Shown here: positions 9,529 through 18,046 of the stretch, in pieces | Position numbering within the stretch: position 1 is the first letter of the stretch | How the letters are laid out: each line of letters opens with the position of its first letter | From: Candidatus Melainabacteria bacterium | Lineage (GTDB): Bacteria > Cyanobacteriota > Vampirovibrionia > LMEP-6097 | Direction: 5' to 3' | DNA length: 64,000 nt | NCBI GenBank assembly: GCA_005110385.1 | Contig: DUDT01000006.1 | Location: 9,334-73,333 of the forward strand | Position numbers and translations under genes: made by a program | Notes under the pieces: generated by a model | The model's input: the letters and a program-made list of their open reading frames with translations, nothing else | Told to the model about the DNA's origin: nothing | The model's database searches: none

Positions 9529-10737
9529 ATGACTGTTGTAAGAGAAGTTCTTTCTTTTTTGATTGAAAATTTAGCTGAGCGAGAGGTTTTAATACTTCTT
9601 GGAGCAAGGCAGGTTGGTAAAACTTTTTTAATGAGAGAGTTAGAGAATTTTCTTCGTTTAAAGAAAAAAAAAGTTAAATTTTTTGATTTAGAGTTGCCAG
9701 ATCATAGTCGATTATTTGATCGTGATAAATCTGAACTATATAGTTTTTTAACGGATGATTGTGATTATCTATTTATAGACGAGTTTCAGTATTTTGAAAA
9801 TGCTTCTAAATTGTTTAAAGCTATTTATGATGATCGGCGTATTGATGTTAAGGTCATAGCTTCAGGCTCTTCTAGTTTAGATATGCATAGGCACCTCAAG
9901 GAAAGCTTGACTGGCAGAAAAATAGAAAAAATTATTAGACCTTTATCATTTATTGAATATAGTCAGCAATTCAATGATTTTGAAGATTATTTAGTTTATG
10001 GTGGTTATCCTGGATTATTAGCTAAGTCTAAAGCCGCTGAGAAAAGAGATTTACTTAAGCAGATTTTACAAACTTATGTGATGAAAGATATTAAGGGCTT
10101 AGTTAAGGAGGAGAACATCTCTGCTTTCAATAATCTTTTATATCATTTAGCACAAGCTCAAAAACAAGTTTTACCAACAGCAACATTAGCAAATGAACTC
10201 AGAGTGACTGAAATGACTGTCGAGCATTATATTAGTATTTTAGAACAGACTTATATCATTTATAGGATTCCTAGTTTTTCTCAAAATCTAAGTAATGAAC
10301 TTAAAAAATCGAAAAAATATTATTTTTATGATAACGGTATACGAAATGCCGTCATAAATAATTTTATGAGGATCAAGAATCGCGAGGACAAATCATCTCT
10401 ATACGAGGCTTATGTTTGTCACTTTTTAAAGAATCGCCTTCCTTCAAATGGAGAATTGAGATTCTGGCGTACTAAAACCGGTGATGAAATTGATTTCATT
10501 CTTTTAATTAATCAGGAGCCCACAATCTTTGAAGTTAAATCAAAACTCAATTCACTAGAGATCCCAAAGTCAATTAAAACTTTTATAAAAAATTATCCAA
10601 AATTAAAGAAAGCTTTTATTCTTAATGAAAATCTTGAAGGAGAAGCTTATCATTTGGGTTTCAAGGTGAGCTTTATAAAATTAAAGCATCTAGAGCATGA
10701 TCCTGAAATTTTAGAAATTTTTGAAGATGAGTTTTAA
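9529..10737 (+). CDS. AAA+ ATPase (AAA_14 + DUF4143 type)
   Basis: Walker A GARQVGKTFLM and Walker B-like YLFIDEFQ. The C-terminal region is typical of DUF4143 ATP-binding proteins (WRTKTGDEIDFIL). Confidence 0.8.
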   Translation: MTVVREVLSFLIENLAEREVLILLGARQVGKTFLMRELENFLRLKKKKVKFFDLELPDHSRLFDRDKSELYSFLTDDCDYLFIDEFQYFENASKLFKAIYDDRRIDVKVIASGSSSLDMHRHLKESLTGRKIEKIIRPLSFIEYSQQFNDFEDYLVYGGYPGLLAKSKAAEKRDLLKQILQTYVMKDIKGLVKEENISAFNNLLYHLAQAQKQVLPTATLANELRVTEMTVEHYISILEQTYIIYRIPSFSQNLSNELKKSKKYYFYDNGIRNAVINNFMRIKNREDKSSLYEAYVCHFLKNRLPSNGELRFWRTKTGDEIDFILLINQEPTIFEVKSKLNSLEIPKSIKTFIKNYPKLKKAFILNENLEGEAYHLGFKVSFIKLKHLEHDPEILEIFEDEF

Positions 10738-10753
10738 AGAAATTTTAAAGAGC

Positions 10754-13021
10754 TTATTCTTGATTCAGTAAAGAATAGAAAACGATTATGGGATCTATGC
10801 TTCTAGCTTCAAAGTATAGATTCCATAATTTTGCAAAGCGGGTTTCAAAATGTAAATGTGGAGCTGTTGATAGACCACTGCTACCTGCTTTGCAGAGTGG
10901 GGAATTTTTTAAAATGATCTGACCTGCTTTATAATCAAGGGTTTCATTTAGATGAGCACAGAGAATATATAGGCTTTCGTGATTTTTTTGATTTGATTCA
11001 GGAAGTGGTAATTGGAGTTCGCGAGCAGTGCTAGTTTGTAAATTTAAGACTTCGGCGATTAGATAATTACCAAGTTCCTTGTTGAAATTGCTTTGGCAGA
11101 TTTTTAAGTCTATTGGTGCGTATATAGTTTGCTCGCGAAGAGCGTTATAGTCAATACCATGATGAAATTTGGTTTCACCTGTTACTGGATGCCTACCTCG
11201 CATGCCATAGGCAGAAGTTAATTTATGATTGCTATCAAAGCCGAAAAGTAACTTAGCAAGCTCAAACTCCGTTTCTTTTCTTTGATGCCCGTCAGGTGTT
11301 GATTGACAGAATTCTGTTGGGTAAATTGTTTGAGTGTCAAATCTTAGGTGAGAATTATTCCTTTTCTGTTTTTGCCCACTTCTTTCTTCTATATTGAGAA
11401 TTGTGAGCTCGTCTTTAATCATTGAAACTGCTTTGGATTCGGCGTTTAAGATCTTAATGTTTTTTGTGGTTTTTAAATATAATCTTTTTCTACTGCCTTC
11501 TTCATCTAAAACGTAAGTAGAATAACCTTTATAGATTTCTTTTAAGTGAATTTTAAAATCTTTGATGTAGACTACAGTAGGTGAATTTGATGTTGAGCTT
11601 AGTAGCACAAATTCCTTTTCTGTAAAAGGTTCTGTGATCAAATTAATTAATGATTTATGCGGAAAATTTTCTAAGTTTTTTTTATTGAGAAGAAAGTCTC
11701 TGGCTTGGAGGTTTTCAGATTGATTATTTGTACGAATATTTATATCAAGATCATCTAGCCTAAATTCAAATTCTCTTTTTCCAGAATCACCTTCACTATT
11801 CAGGCTTAGAATTGAAATATTGTTTTTAATTCGCGTGAAAAGCTCTTTGGAATTGTTTTTATAACGCCAAAAGCCAGAGAGAATGGAGAATGGATTTAAT
11901 AAAGCTAGTTTTTTCTTTAAATCTTTTACTAGCTTGCTTGATTTAAAGACTCCTTGGGGGTTTGTTTCAGTAATATTCTCGGTTTTTGCAACATGAAGTG
12001 AAGTTCTGTCAGTAAAAGGTCTTAGAATAAAATGAAATCCATATGAATTTAATCTCTCGTCAGAGAAAGCTTCATTTGGAATATGGGTCTGAGCATTATG
12101 ATCGCCATCAGCAAGGAGGATTTTTATATTAGAGAAACTTTCACCAATTCTTTCTAGATAATTATTTAATCTGATTTTAATATAATCTGAAATATGTGAA
12201 GCTCCTATATCAGTTGTTCTGTAATGCATGATGAGTTTGTTTTTAGCATTGAATATAAAAGCAGATCTGCGTGAATATGAGCCATGAACAGATTCTACAT
12301 GCTGTAAGCCAAGAAAATAGAGTAGGGATTTTTCTTTTATTTCTTTACGCCAAGCATGTAGCTGAGACTCATCTAATTCACCTTCCCGCTCTAAATACCT
12401 TATGGATAAATCATCTTGGCTGATATAGAGTCCATATTTCTTACCAGAATGATTATAGATATTAGATTCAGTATTATTAGTAAAAAAATATTCTTCAGTT
12501 AAGCCCTGAAAAGTAACTGAGGTGTTTTTCGTAAAATCATACCAAAGCTCTCCAGAAGCCTCACCTTCAGAAGAATAGTAACTGAGTCCTAGGCAGTAAT
12601 CATCATCATGAGGGTCTGTATGACTTGGAATTATCAGATTTTTACCTTGCTGGAATTTAAGTAAAATTTCATAGGCTTTTTTAGTTTTAGGTAAGGGAGA
12701 TAGTTTTAAGGATTTTTCTAACTCTAAGTTTTTTTGATCATTTAATTCAGCGAAAAAAAATATCTGATACTCTTCTGAAATCATTAACTTAGAATTTGGT
12801 TTTAAATCCATTAATTCTTCCGTGCAGGTATAAAGAACCTGTCCGTTAAATTCTATCGAGCTTGAGTTTTTTTTAAGATAGCTGAGAAGGGAGTCATAGC
12901 CTAGATCTAAGGCTGCTTGATTTAAAGTCTGTATGTATTCTGGTTTATGATCGTAGATCTGATAAGTAAGATGTTTATTTTGCTTTTGGCTAATTAAAAC
13001 AGTGCCTTTTCCTGAAAGCAT
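10754..13021 (-). CDS. Large protein with a C-terminal M23 (LytM-type) metallopeptidase domain
   Basis: 755 aa. HHGIDY (HxxxD) and APHLHFE (HxH) motifs occur in the last ~170 aa. The ~580-aa N-terminal part is unrecognised and no signal peptide is seen. Confidence 0.8.
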   Translation of the reverse strand: MLSGKGTVLISQKQNKHLTYQIYDHKPEYIQTLNQAALDLGYDSLLSYLKKNSSSIEFNGQVLYTCTEELMDLKPNSKLMISEEYQIFFFAELNDQKNLELEKSLKLSPLPKTKKAYEILLKFQQGKNLIIPSHTDPHDDDYCLGLSYYSSEGEASGELWYDFTKNTSVTFQGLTEEYFFTNNTESNIYNHSGKKYGLYISQDDLSIRYLEREGELDESQLHAWRKEIKEKSLLYFLGLQHVESVHGSYSRRSAFIFNAKNKLIMHYRTTDIGASHISDYIKIRLNNYLERIGESFSNIKILLADGDHNAQTHIPNEAFSDERLNSYGFHFILRPFTDRTSLHVAKTENITETNPQGVFKSSKLVKDLKKKLALLNPFSILSGFWRYKNNSKELFTRIKNNISILSLNSEGDSGKREFEFRLDDLDINIRTNNQSENLQARDFLLNKKNLENFPHKSLINLITEPFTEKEFVLLSSTSNSPTVVYIKDFKIHLKEIYKGYSTYVLDEEGSRKRLYLKTTKNIKILNAESKAVSMIKDELTILNIEERSGQKQKRNNSHLRFDTQTIYPTEFCQSTPDGHQRKETEFELAKLLFGFDSNHKLTSAYGMRGRHPVTGETKFHHGIDYNALREQTIYAPIDLKICQSNFNKELGNYLIAEVLNLQTSTARELQLPLPESNQKNHESLYILCAHLNETLDYKAGQIILKNSPLCKAGSSGLSTAPHLHFETRFAKLWNLYFEARSIDPIIVFYSLLNQE
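10756..10831 (+). repeat. 76-bp direct repeat, copy 2 (encodes the C-terminal ~25 aa of the M23 protein on the minus strand)
   Basis: 75/76 identical to 9326-9401. Confidence 0.9.
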
Positions 13022-13080
13022 AGTTTAAGTTTATATCAAATTTTACGATTCTTACGCCTTAAATTAATAAAGAGTTGCCC

Positions 13081-15726
13081 ATGCCAGATTCTATTACGAT
13101 TTCACATGCAAAAGAAGTAGTATCTCATCTATCTCAGCTCACTGAAAATCAATACTCATCTATAGTTGCGGCAGCTAATGATACAGAAAAAGAAAAATTA
13201 AAGAAGACTGCTATCGGTCCTAGAATGGCTGATTTAGAGCCAGATCAGGTTACTTTAGTCGGTGCTGATGATAAGAAGATTACCCAGCAAGAGTTAGTCG
13301 ATACTTTTAATAAACAACTTACTAAAAATGGTGGGGCTGAGCTTACTGAAGGTCAGAAGAAATATTTATGGGAAAAGAGTATAGTCGTAATTAAAGATCC
13401 GGGAGAAAGTTCTAATCCTGCTAATTCTCCAGCTACTGTTCCTGATTCTTCTCCGGCTGCTCCTCCTACTACTAGACCTGAATCTGTGGCACCTACACCT
13501 CCAGCTGTCCCTACACCTCCTGAAGATACAGCAGCTCCGACACTAAGCTCTAGCAGCCCAAGTAATGCTGCTAAAAATATAGCTAGAAATTCTAATATAG
13601 ATCTTACTTTTAGTGAAAATATCAGATTAGCTGATGCTGCAAAAGTAAAGCTTTTTAAGAAAGATGGTTCTGAAGTGCAAATAGATACATCTGTAGAGGG
13701 TGATAAGACTTTGAGAATTAAGCCTAAAGCAGATTTAGAAGCTAGTACAGAATATTATGTGAAGATAGATTCTGCTGCTATAACTGATACTAGTGAAAAC
13801 AACAATGCTTATGCTGGCATAACTGCAAATACAGGCTTAAGTTTTACTACGGCGGCTAAATCAGTAACTCCTCAAGAACAGCAGGCAGCGGCAGGGACAG
13901 CCGCTGCAGAAACAAATAAGCCAGAACCAGCCTCACTAAGTTCTAATGGTTTTAATAAACCAGTCACCAAGCTAAATTTAGATGCTGATGATGCCAAGCA
14001 GTCAGCAGGCGAGAAGAAGTTAGGGGAATTAGTAAATCTTAGGTATGGTTTAGATCTGTTAGAGAGTAAAGATGATGTGCATGTGGCCTTATTAGGTGAT
14101 GAGGAGGACTATGTTAATCGTGTTCTTAAACGTTTGAAAAAATCTCCTGCTCCAGATTCTGAGATAGATAATGGTAGTACTGATGGCGAAACACCATATA
14201 GACTTGAAGCCTTTGTTTTAAAACAGGCTATAGAAGAGTACAAGAAAATTGATAAAACACTTGCTGAAAAGGCTGAAACAGCAAGAGATAAAAAAATAAA
14301 TGCGATGGCGGAAGATGAAAAATCAGCTTTGACTAAAGTCTTTGAAAATTATCAGAAGAAGTTTACTAAATTAAAAGGCGAGGTCTCAGAGGAAAAGCTG
14401 AAAAAATATTTAACTGATAATTATGATACTTTGAAGGATTTAGGAATAGATGATTTTCCTGCTGATACAGCAGCCATTAATGGAAAAAATAAAGATGAGT
14501 TAATTACTTTATCTGTGGCTGCGAGAAATAAGCTCAATGAAAAGATTTCAGAAGAATTTAAAACTATCACTATTAATGCAGAGGATAAAAAAGCCTTTCT
14601 TAAAAAATATACTGATATAGATTTTAGTGATTCAGGAAAGAGTATAGAGTTTATAAAGGGACTCACGGATAAAGAATTGCTTCTTTTCAATCGTTGGGGT
14701 TCGAATAATTTTCATTCCAGAGATTTTATTATGAGGGAGTTGTCTCAGCATAAACTGAGTCTAGATAGTTACTTCCAACTTTCTACTTCAAGCTTGTCTG
14801 ATGATGCAGATTTAATCTCTTTTACGGATAGAGAGAATCTTCTGAAAAAATATGATCCAAAAAATACAGACCTCAGTAAGAAAAAGGAATTTATTCAAGG
14901 ATTAACGCCAGCGGAGCTTGTTTTATTAAGATCTTCTTTGGGCTTTGTTTCCAAACAATCTCTGCTGCGTGAATTAGATAAGCCAGAGAATAAAGAGAAA
15001 TCTCTTGGTGATATTTTAAATGCTGATGTTGTATTATCCTACGTAAGCGGGCTCCAATCAAAGCCCCTTAAGGAAATTGAAAAAATCATCAATCGAGCTG
15101 AAATAAAAGCAGCCTTGACGAGAAATACAGTTCCTCTTAAGATTGAACAACCATTTAAATACTCACAAAATTCTACTGATGGGAAACTTTATAAATTTGG
15201 TGATAGTTATTTAGTAGATTTCGGTGATGGAAAAGCTAAATTTTATAGAAATCAAAATGAGATTCTTGGTTTACCAATGGAGTCAGATCGAAATTATTTC
15301 TTAAATTTAGCTGCTCAGAGTGATTTGGGGTATGACACTTCAACGCGCGGCATCTACCCAACTAGTTTATTAAGAGTTGGCGAAAATGCTAGGCGAATTC
15401 GTGAAACAGGCACTTATGCAAATGTTTTGAATAATATTTTAGAAAAAATTTATACTTCTGAAGGTAATGCTCCTGCAGATCAGAAAAAGTGGCATAAGCA
15501 GATGAAGCAGCATGTAGCTAGAATGTTACTAGCTAAAGATCCTACTGAATTTGATAAGCGTAGGGCTGAGTTTCAAAACCATTTAAATGATACATATAAG
15601 GGGATTAGTGGAGGCTGGTTCAATGTAGATGGTTTAAGAAGGACATTCAATCATGCCGATGGTCAAACTGAGCAGATGCTTAGAGATGTTAAAGTTCTTT
15701 TGAGCGAAGGGACTCTTGGATCTTAG
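13081..15726 (+). CDS. Large orphan protein with a Pro-rich linker, a Big_5/SbsA-type Ig-like domain and an internal tandem repeat
   Basis: DTAAPTLSSSSPSNAAKNI...IDLTFSENI...TLRIKPKADLEASTEYYVKI fits the SbsA-Ig pattern. I prefer ATG 13081 (AAGAG upstream) over TTG 13075. Confidence 0.7.
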   Translation: MPDSITISHAKEVVSHLSQLTENQYSSIVAAANDTEKEKLKKTAIGPRMADLEPDQVTLVGADDKKITQQELVDTFNKQLTKNGGAELTEGQKKYLWEKSIVVIKDPGESSNPANSPATVPDSSPAAPPTTRPESVAPTPPAVPTPPEDTAAPTLSSSSPSNAAKNIARNSNIDLTFSENIRLADAAKVKLFKKDGSEVQIDTSVEGDKTLRIKPKADLEASTEYYVKIDSAAITDTSENNNAYAGITANTGLSFTTAAKSVTPQEQQAAAGTAAAETNKPEPASLSSNGFNKPVTKLNLDADDAKQSAGEKKLGELVNLRYGLDLLESKDDVHVALLGDEEDYVNRVLKRLKKSPAPDSEIDNGSTDGETPYRLEAFVLKQAIEEYKKIDKTLAEKAETARDKKINAMAEDEKSALTKVFENYQKKFTKLKGEVSEEKLKKYLTDNYDTLKDLGIDDFPADTAAINGKNKDELITLSVAARNKLNEKISEEFKTITINAEDKKAFLKKYTDIDFSDSGKSIEFIKGLTDKELLLFNRWGSNNFHSRDFIMRELSQHKLSLDSYFQLSTSSLSDDADLISFTDRENLLKKYDPKNTDLSKKKEFIQGLTPAELVLLRSSLGFVSKQSLLRELDKPENKEKSLGDILNADVVLSYVSGLQSKPLKEIEKIINRAEIKAALTRNTVPLKIEQPFKYSQNSTDGKLYKFGDSYLVDFGDGKAKFYRNQNEILGLPMESDRNYFLNLAAQSDLGYDTSTRGIYPTSLLRVGENARRIRETGTYANVLNNILEKIYTSEGNAPADQKKWHKQMKQHVARMLLAKDPTEFDKRRAEFQNHLNDTYKGISGGWFNVDGLRRTFNHADGQTEQMLRDVKVLLSEGTLGS

Positions 15727-17636
15727 TTTTCTAATCTCTCCCTAATCCTTTCAGCAAGTATTTTATTAAACCCAGGCAGAGCCTCTATCTGATTTAATGG
15801 TGCTGTAAGTATTCTATTTACTGTCCCGAACTTCTCTAATAAAATCTTTTTCTTTTTAGGACCTAAACCTGGAACTGAATCTAAAAGACTCTCCTTAGCC
15901 TTTCTAGCACGCAGTTTGCGGTGATATTCTATTGCAAAACGGTGTGCTTCATTCCTGATTTTCTGTATTAAAAAGAGTTCTGGCGATTTTCTATCAAGCA
16001 CCATCGGTGTTTTGTTCTCTGGAAAAAATATTTCTTCTTCTCTTTTGGCAAGACCGACTATTTGAATATGTGAAAGATTCAGTTCCTTAATAATTTCACA
16101 CGCTGCGCTTAACTGCCCCTTTCCGCCATCTATGATGATTAGATTTGGGCTTGAATCTAGTCCATTAGATAAAGGCTTATAGCGCCTTTTGACGACTTCT
16201 TGCATGGAAGCAAAGTCATTATTCTGATCTATACTAATTTTAAATCTACGATACTGATCCTTAGCGGGAAGCCCATCGATAAAACAAACCATACTCGCTA
16301 CGACATTAGTTCCCTGTATATGAGATATATCGAAACACTCTATGCGACTTGGAGTGGACTTTAGGTCTAAAGCTTTTTGAAGATTATCTAAGGCGACATT
16401 AATGTCTTTAGAGCTGTCTTCAAGCATATCTATTTTCATTTTCCTGAGCGTTAGCCTAGCATTACGCTTAGCAAGTTCTACTTGAGCATATTTATCACCA
16501 CGCTTAGGAGTATTTATAGTTACTTTAGAACCTTTTCTCTCACTAAGCCACTCCTCTAAAGTATTTGGAGGTGAAATTTCATTTTGGGATTCTTTTGAGA
16601 CCCCATCTTCTGCTTCTTCTTTTTCGGGGCTAGCTAATTCCTCGCTTAAAAGTATTTCTTTGGGTAAATCACTGTCAGCGACTTGAGTGTAATACTGCAT
16701 AAAAGCAGATTCGAAAATCTCTTTAGTATCATTCTCATCACCGAAATCGATTTCATGATTTTCACGATTAATTAATTTCCCTTCTCTAATTTTAAATATT
16801 TGTAAGCAGGCGAAATCACACTGTTCATCTGGGTCATAGGCGATAGCAAATATATCCTGGCTTAAATCATAATTTACGGAGATGACGTTTTGTACTTCAT
16901 TAAAGGTTTTTAGAGATTTAATTTGATCCCTTAATTTAGCAGCTTTCTCAAAATTCAGATCATCACTAGCTTTTAGCATTTCTGCTGTAAGTAAAGATTT
17001 TAGATCATCGTAATTACCCTTAAGTAGCATTTCGACTTGCTCTAACATATTTCTATATTCTTCTTCTGAAACTAGCTTCTGACAGGGACCTAGGCATTTA
17101 CCTAAGTCATAATTCAGGCAGGGACGATTTTTAAAAGGAGGAGTGCGTTTTTTTCTTAGAGGAAATAATTCATTTACTAATTCTAGATTTTCGTACATGG
17201 CTCCAGAATTAGTATAGGGACCAAAAAACTTATTTTTAGAGTTACGTCTTTTTTTGAATTTTTTTATATCCCTTACTGGAATTAGCCTTGGATAGTCTTC
17301 ATCATAGGTAATGACTAACCAAGGAAAAGTTTTATTGTCTTTCAGTAAGACGTTATACTGTGGCTGATGTTTGAAGACTAAATTAGATTCTAGTATCAGA
17401 GCTTCTTTTTCTGATTTAGTAACTATTGTTTCTATTTTCGTAATTTTAGGAACGAGGAATTTTAATTTATATCTATTCGACCAGTTTGATTCATTCCAGT
17501 AAGATTGAACTCTGCTTTTAAGTTTAATTGCTTTACCGATATAGATTATTCGATTAAATCTATCAAAGAACAGATATACACCAGGATCTTGGCTAATATG
17601 TTTTATCTGTTGTTCTAACTCTTTCGCTGTGAGCAT
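15723..17636 (-). CDS. uvrC: Excinuclease ABC subunit C
   Basis: GIY-YIG N-terminus (GVYLFFDRFNRIIYIGKAIKLKSRV), a UVR domain, an endonuclease domain and a C-terminal HhH. Confidence 0.95.
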   Translation of the reverse strand: MLTAKELEQQIKHISQDPGVYLFFDRFNRIIYIGKAIKLKSRVQSYWNESNWSNRYKLKFLVPKITKIETIVTKSEKEALILESNLVFKHQPQYNVLLKDNKTFPWLVITYDEDYPRLIPVRDIKKFKKRRNSKNKFFGPYTNSGAMYENLELVNELFPLRKKRTPPFKNRPCLNYDLGKCLGPCQKLVSEEEYRNMLEQVEMLLKGNYDDLKSLLTAEMLKASDDLNFEKAAKLRDQIKSLKTFNEVQNVISVNYDLSQDIFAIAYDPDEQCDFACLQIFKIREGKLINRENHEIDFGDENDTKEIFESAFMQYYTQVADSDLPKEILLSEELASPEKEEAEDGVSKESQNEISPPNTLEEWLSERKGSKVTINTPKRGDKYAQVELAKRNARLTLRKMKIDMLEDSSKDINVALDNLQKALDLKSTPSRIECFDISHIQGTNVVASMVCFIDGLPAKDQYRRFKISIDQNNDFASMQEVVKRRYKPLSNGLDSSPNLIIIDGGKGQLSAACEIIKELNLSHIQIVGLAKREEEIFFPENKTPMVLDRKSPELFLIQKIRNEAHRFAIEYHRKLRARKAKESLLDSVPGLGPKKKKILLEKFGTVNRILTAPLNQIEALPGFNKILAERIRERLEN

Positions 17637-17659
17637 TTTTTTTCAATACTATCATTAAT

Positions 17660-17693
17660 AAAAAAAATCCCTCGCTTAGCGAGGGATTTTTTA
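17660..17693 (-). terminator. Rho-independent terminator (bidirectional shape)
   Basis: Stem ATCCCTCGC / GCGAGGGAT (17667-17675 / 17679-17687), flanked by an A-run and a T-run. It lies downstream of the minus-strand genes htpG and the small ORF. Confidence 0.6.
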
Positions 17694-17742
17694 GTTAGTT
17701 AGCTCAATCATTTTTAATTCAGTTTTAAAATTATTTGAGTTT

Positions 17743-17913
17743 TTAAGCTGCACAGAGCTCAAGCTTAATTTTTCTAAAAAGCTTTATTTTTAACTCACTT
17801 GCATCTGCTTTAGTATTAGCTCTAGATGCTAGTATATCTTCTTCTGGTTTATTGTTTTCATCATCTGCATCAGTGATGAAAAGTTTTGACCGATTGTTTG
17901 TTGAATTCGTCAT
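17743..17913 (-). CDS. Small hypothetical protein (56 aa)
   Basis: The ATG at 17913 is preceded by GGAG. Sits between htpG and the terminator; no homology recognised. Confidence 0.3.
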   Translation of the reverse strand: MTNSTNNRSKLFITDADDENNKPEEDILASRANTKADASELKIKLFRKIKLELCAA

Positions 17914-17960
17914 AATGTTCTCTACTCCCACTTTTTACTTACCCCTAAGGATTTTCACTC

Positions 17961-17986
17961 ACAAAGCTTATATTGGTAAGCTTTGT
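17961..17986 (-). other. Perfect 10-bp hairpin downstream of htpG
   Basis: ACAAAGCTTA (17961-17970), loop TATTGG, TAAGCTTTGT (17977-17986). There is no clear U-run. Confidence 0.3.
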
Positions 17987-18046
17987 TATGGCTTGGTTAA
18001 CAACATTAAAATAATTGAAAAATTATTCAAGCAAGACTCGATAGCT

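Noticed and set aside
14421-14690. Antisense ORFs inside other confident genes. These are 14421..14690, 18888..19181, 19851..20102, 22779..22997, 25670..25900, 26419..26622, 29221..29418, 31105..31308, 31759..31941, 32371..32568, 33661..33921, 34758..34991, 36099..36338, 36606..36977, 39685..39915, 39698..39889, 40525..40794, 42539..42898, 44102..44368, 47210..47428, 47445..47789, 51044..51532, 51881..52108, 52957..53166, 53613..53873 and 55194..55400.
   Set aside because: Each is fully embedded antisense in a longer ORF that has clear family motifs or a better coding appearance. I treated them as shadow ORFs.
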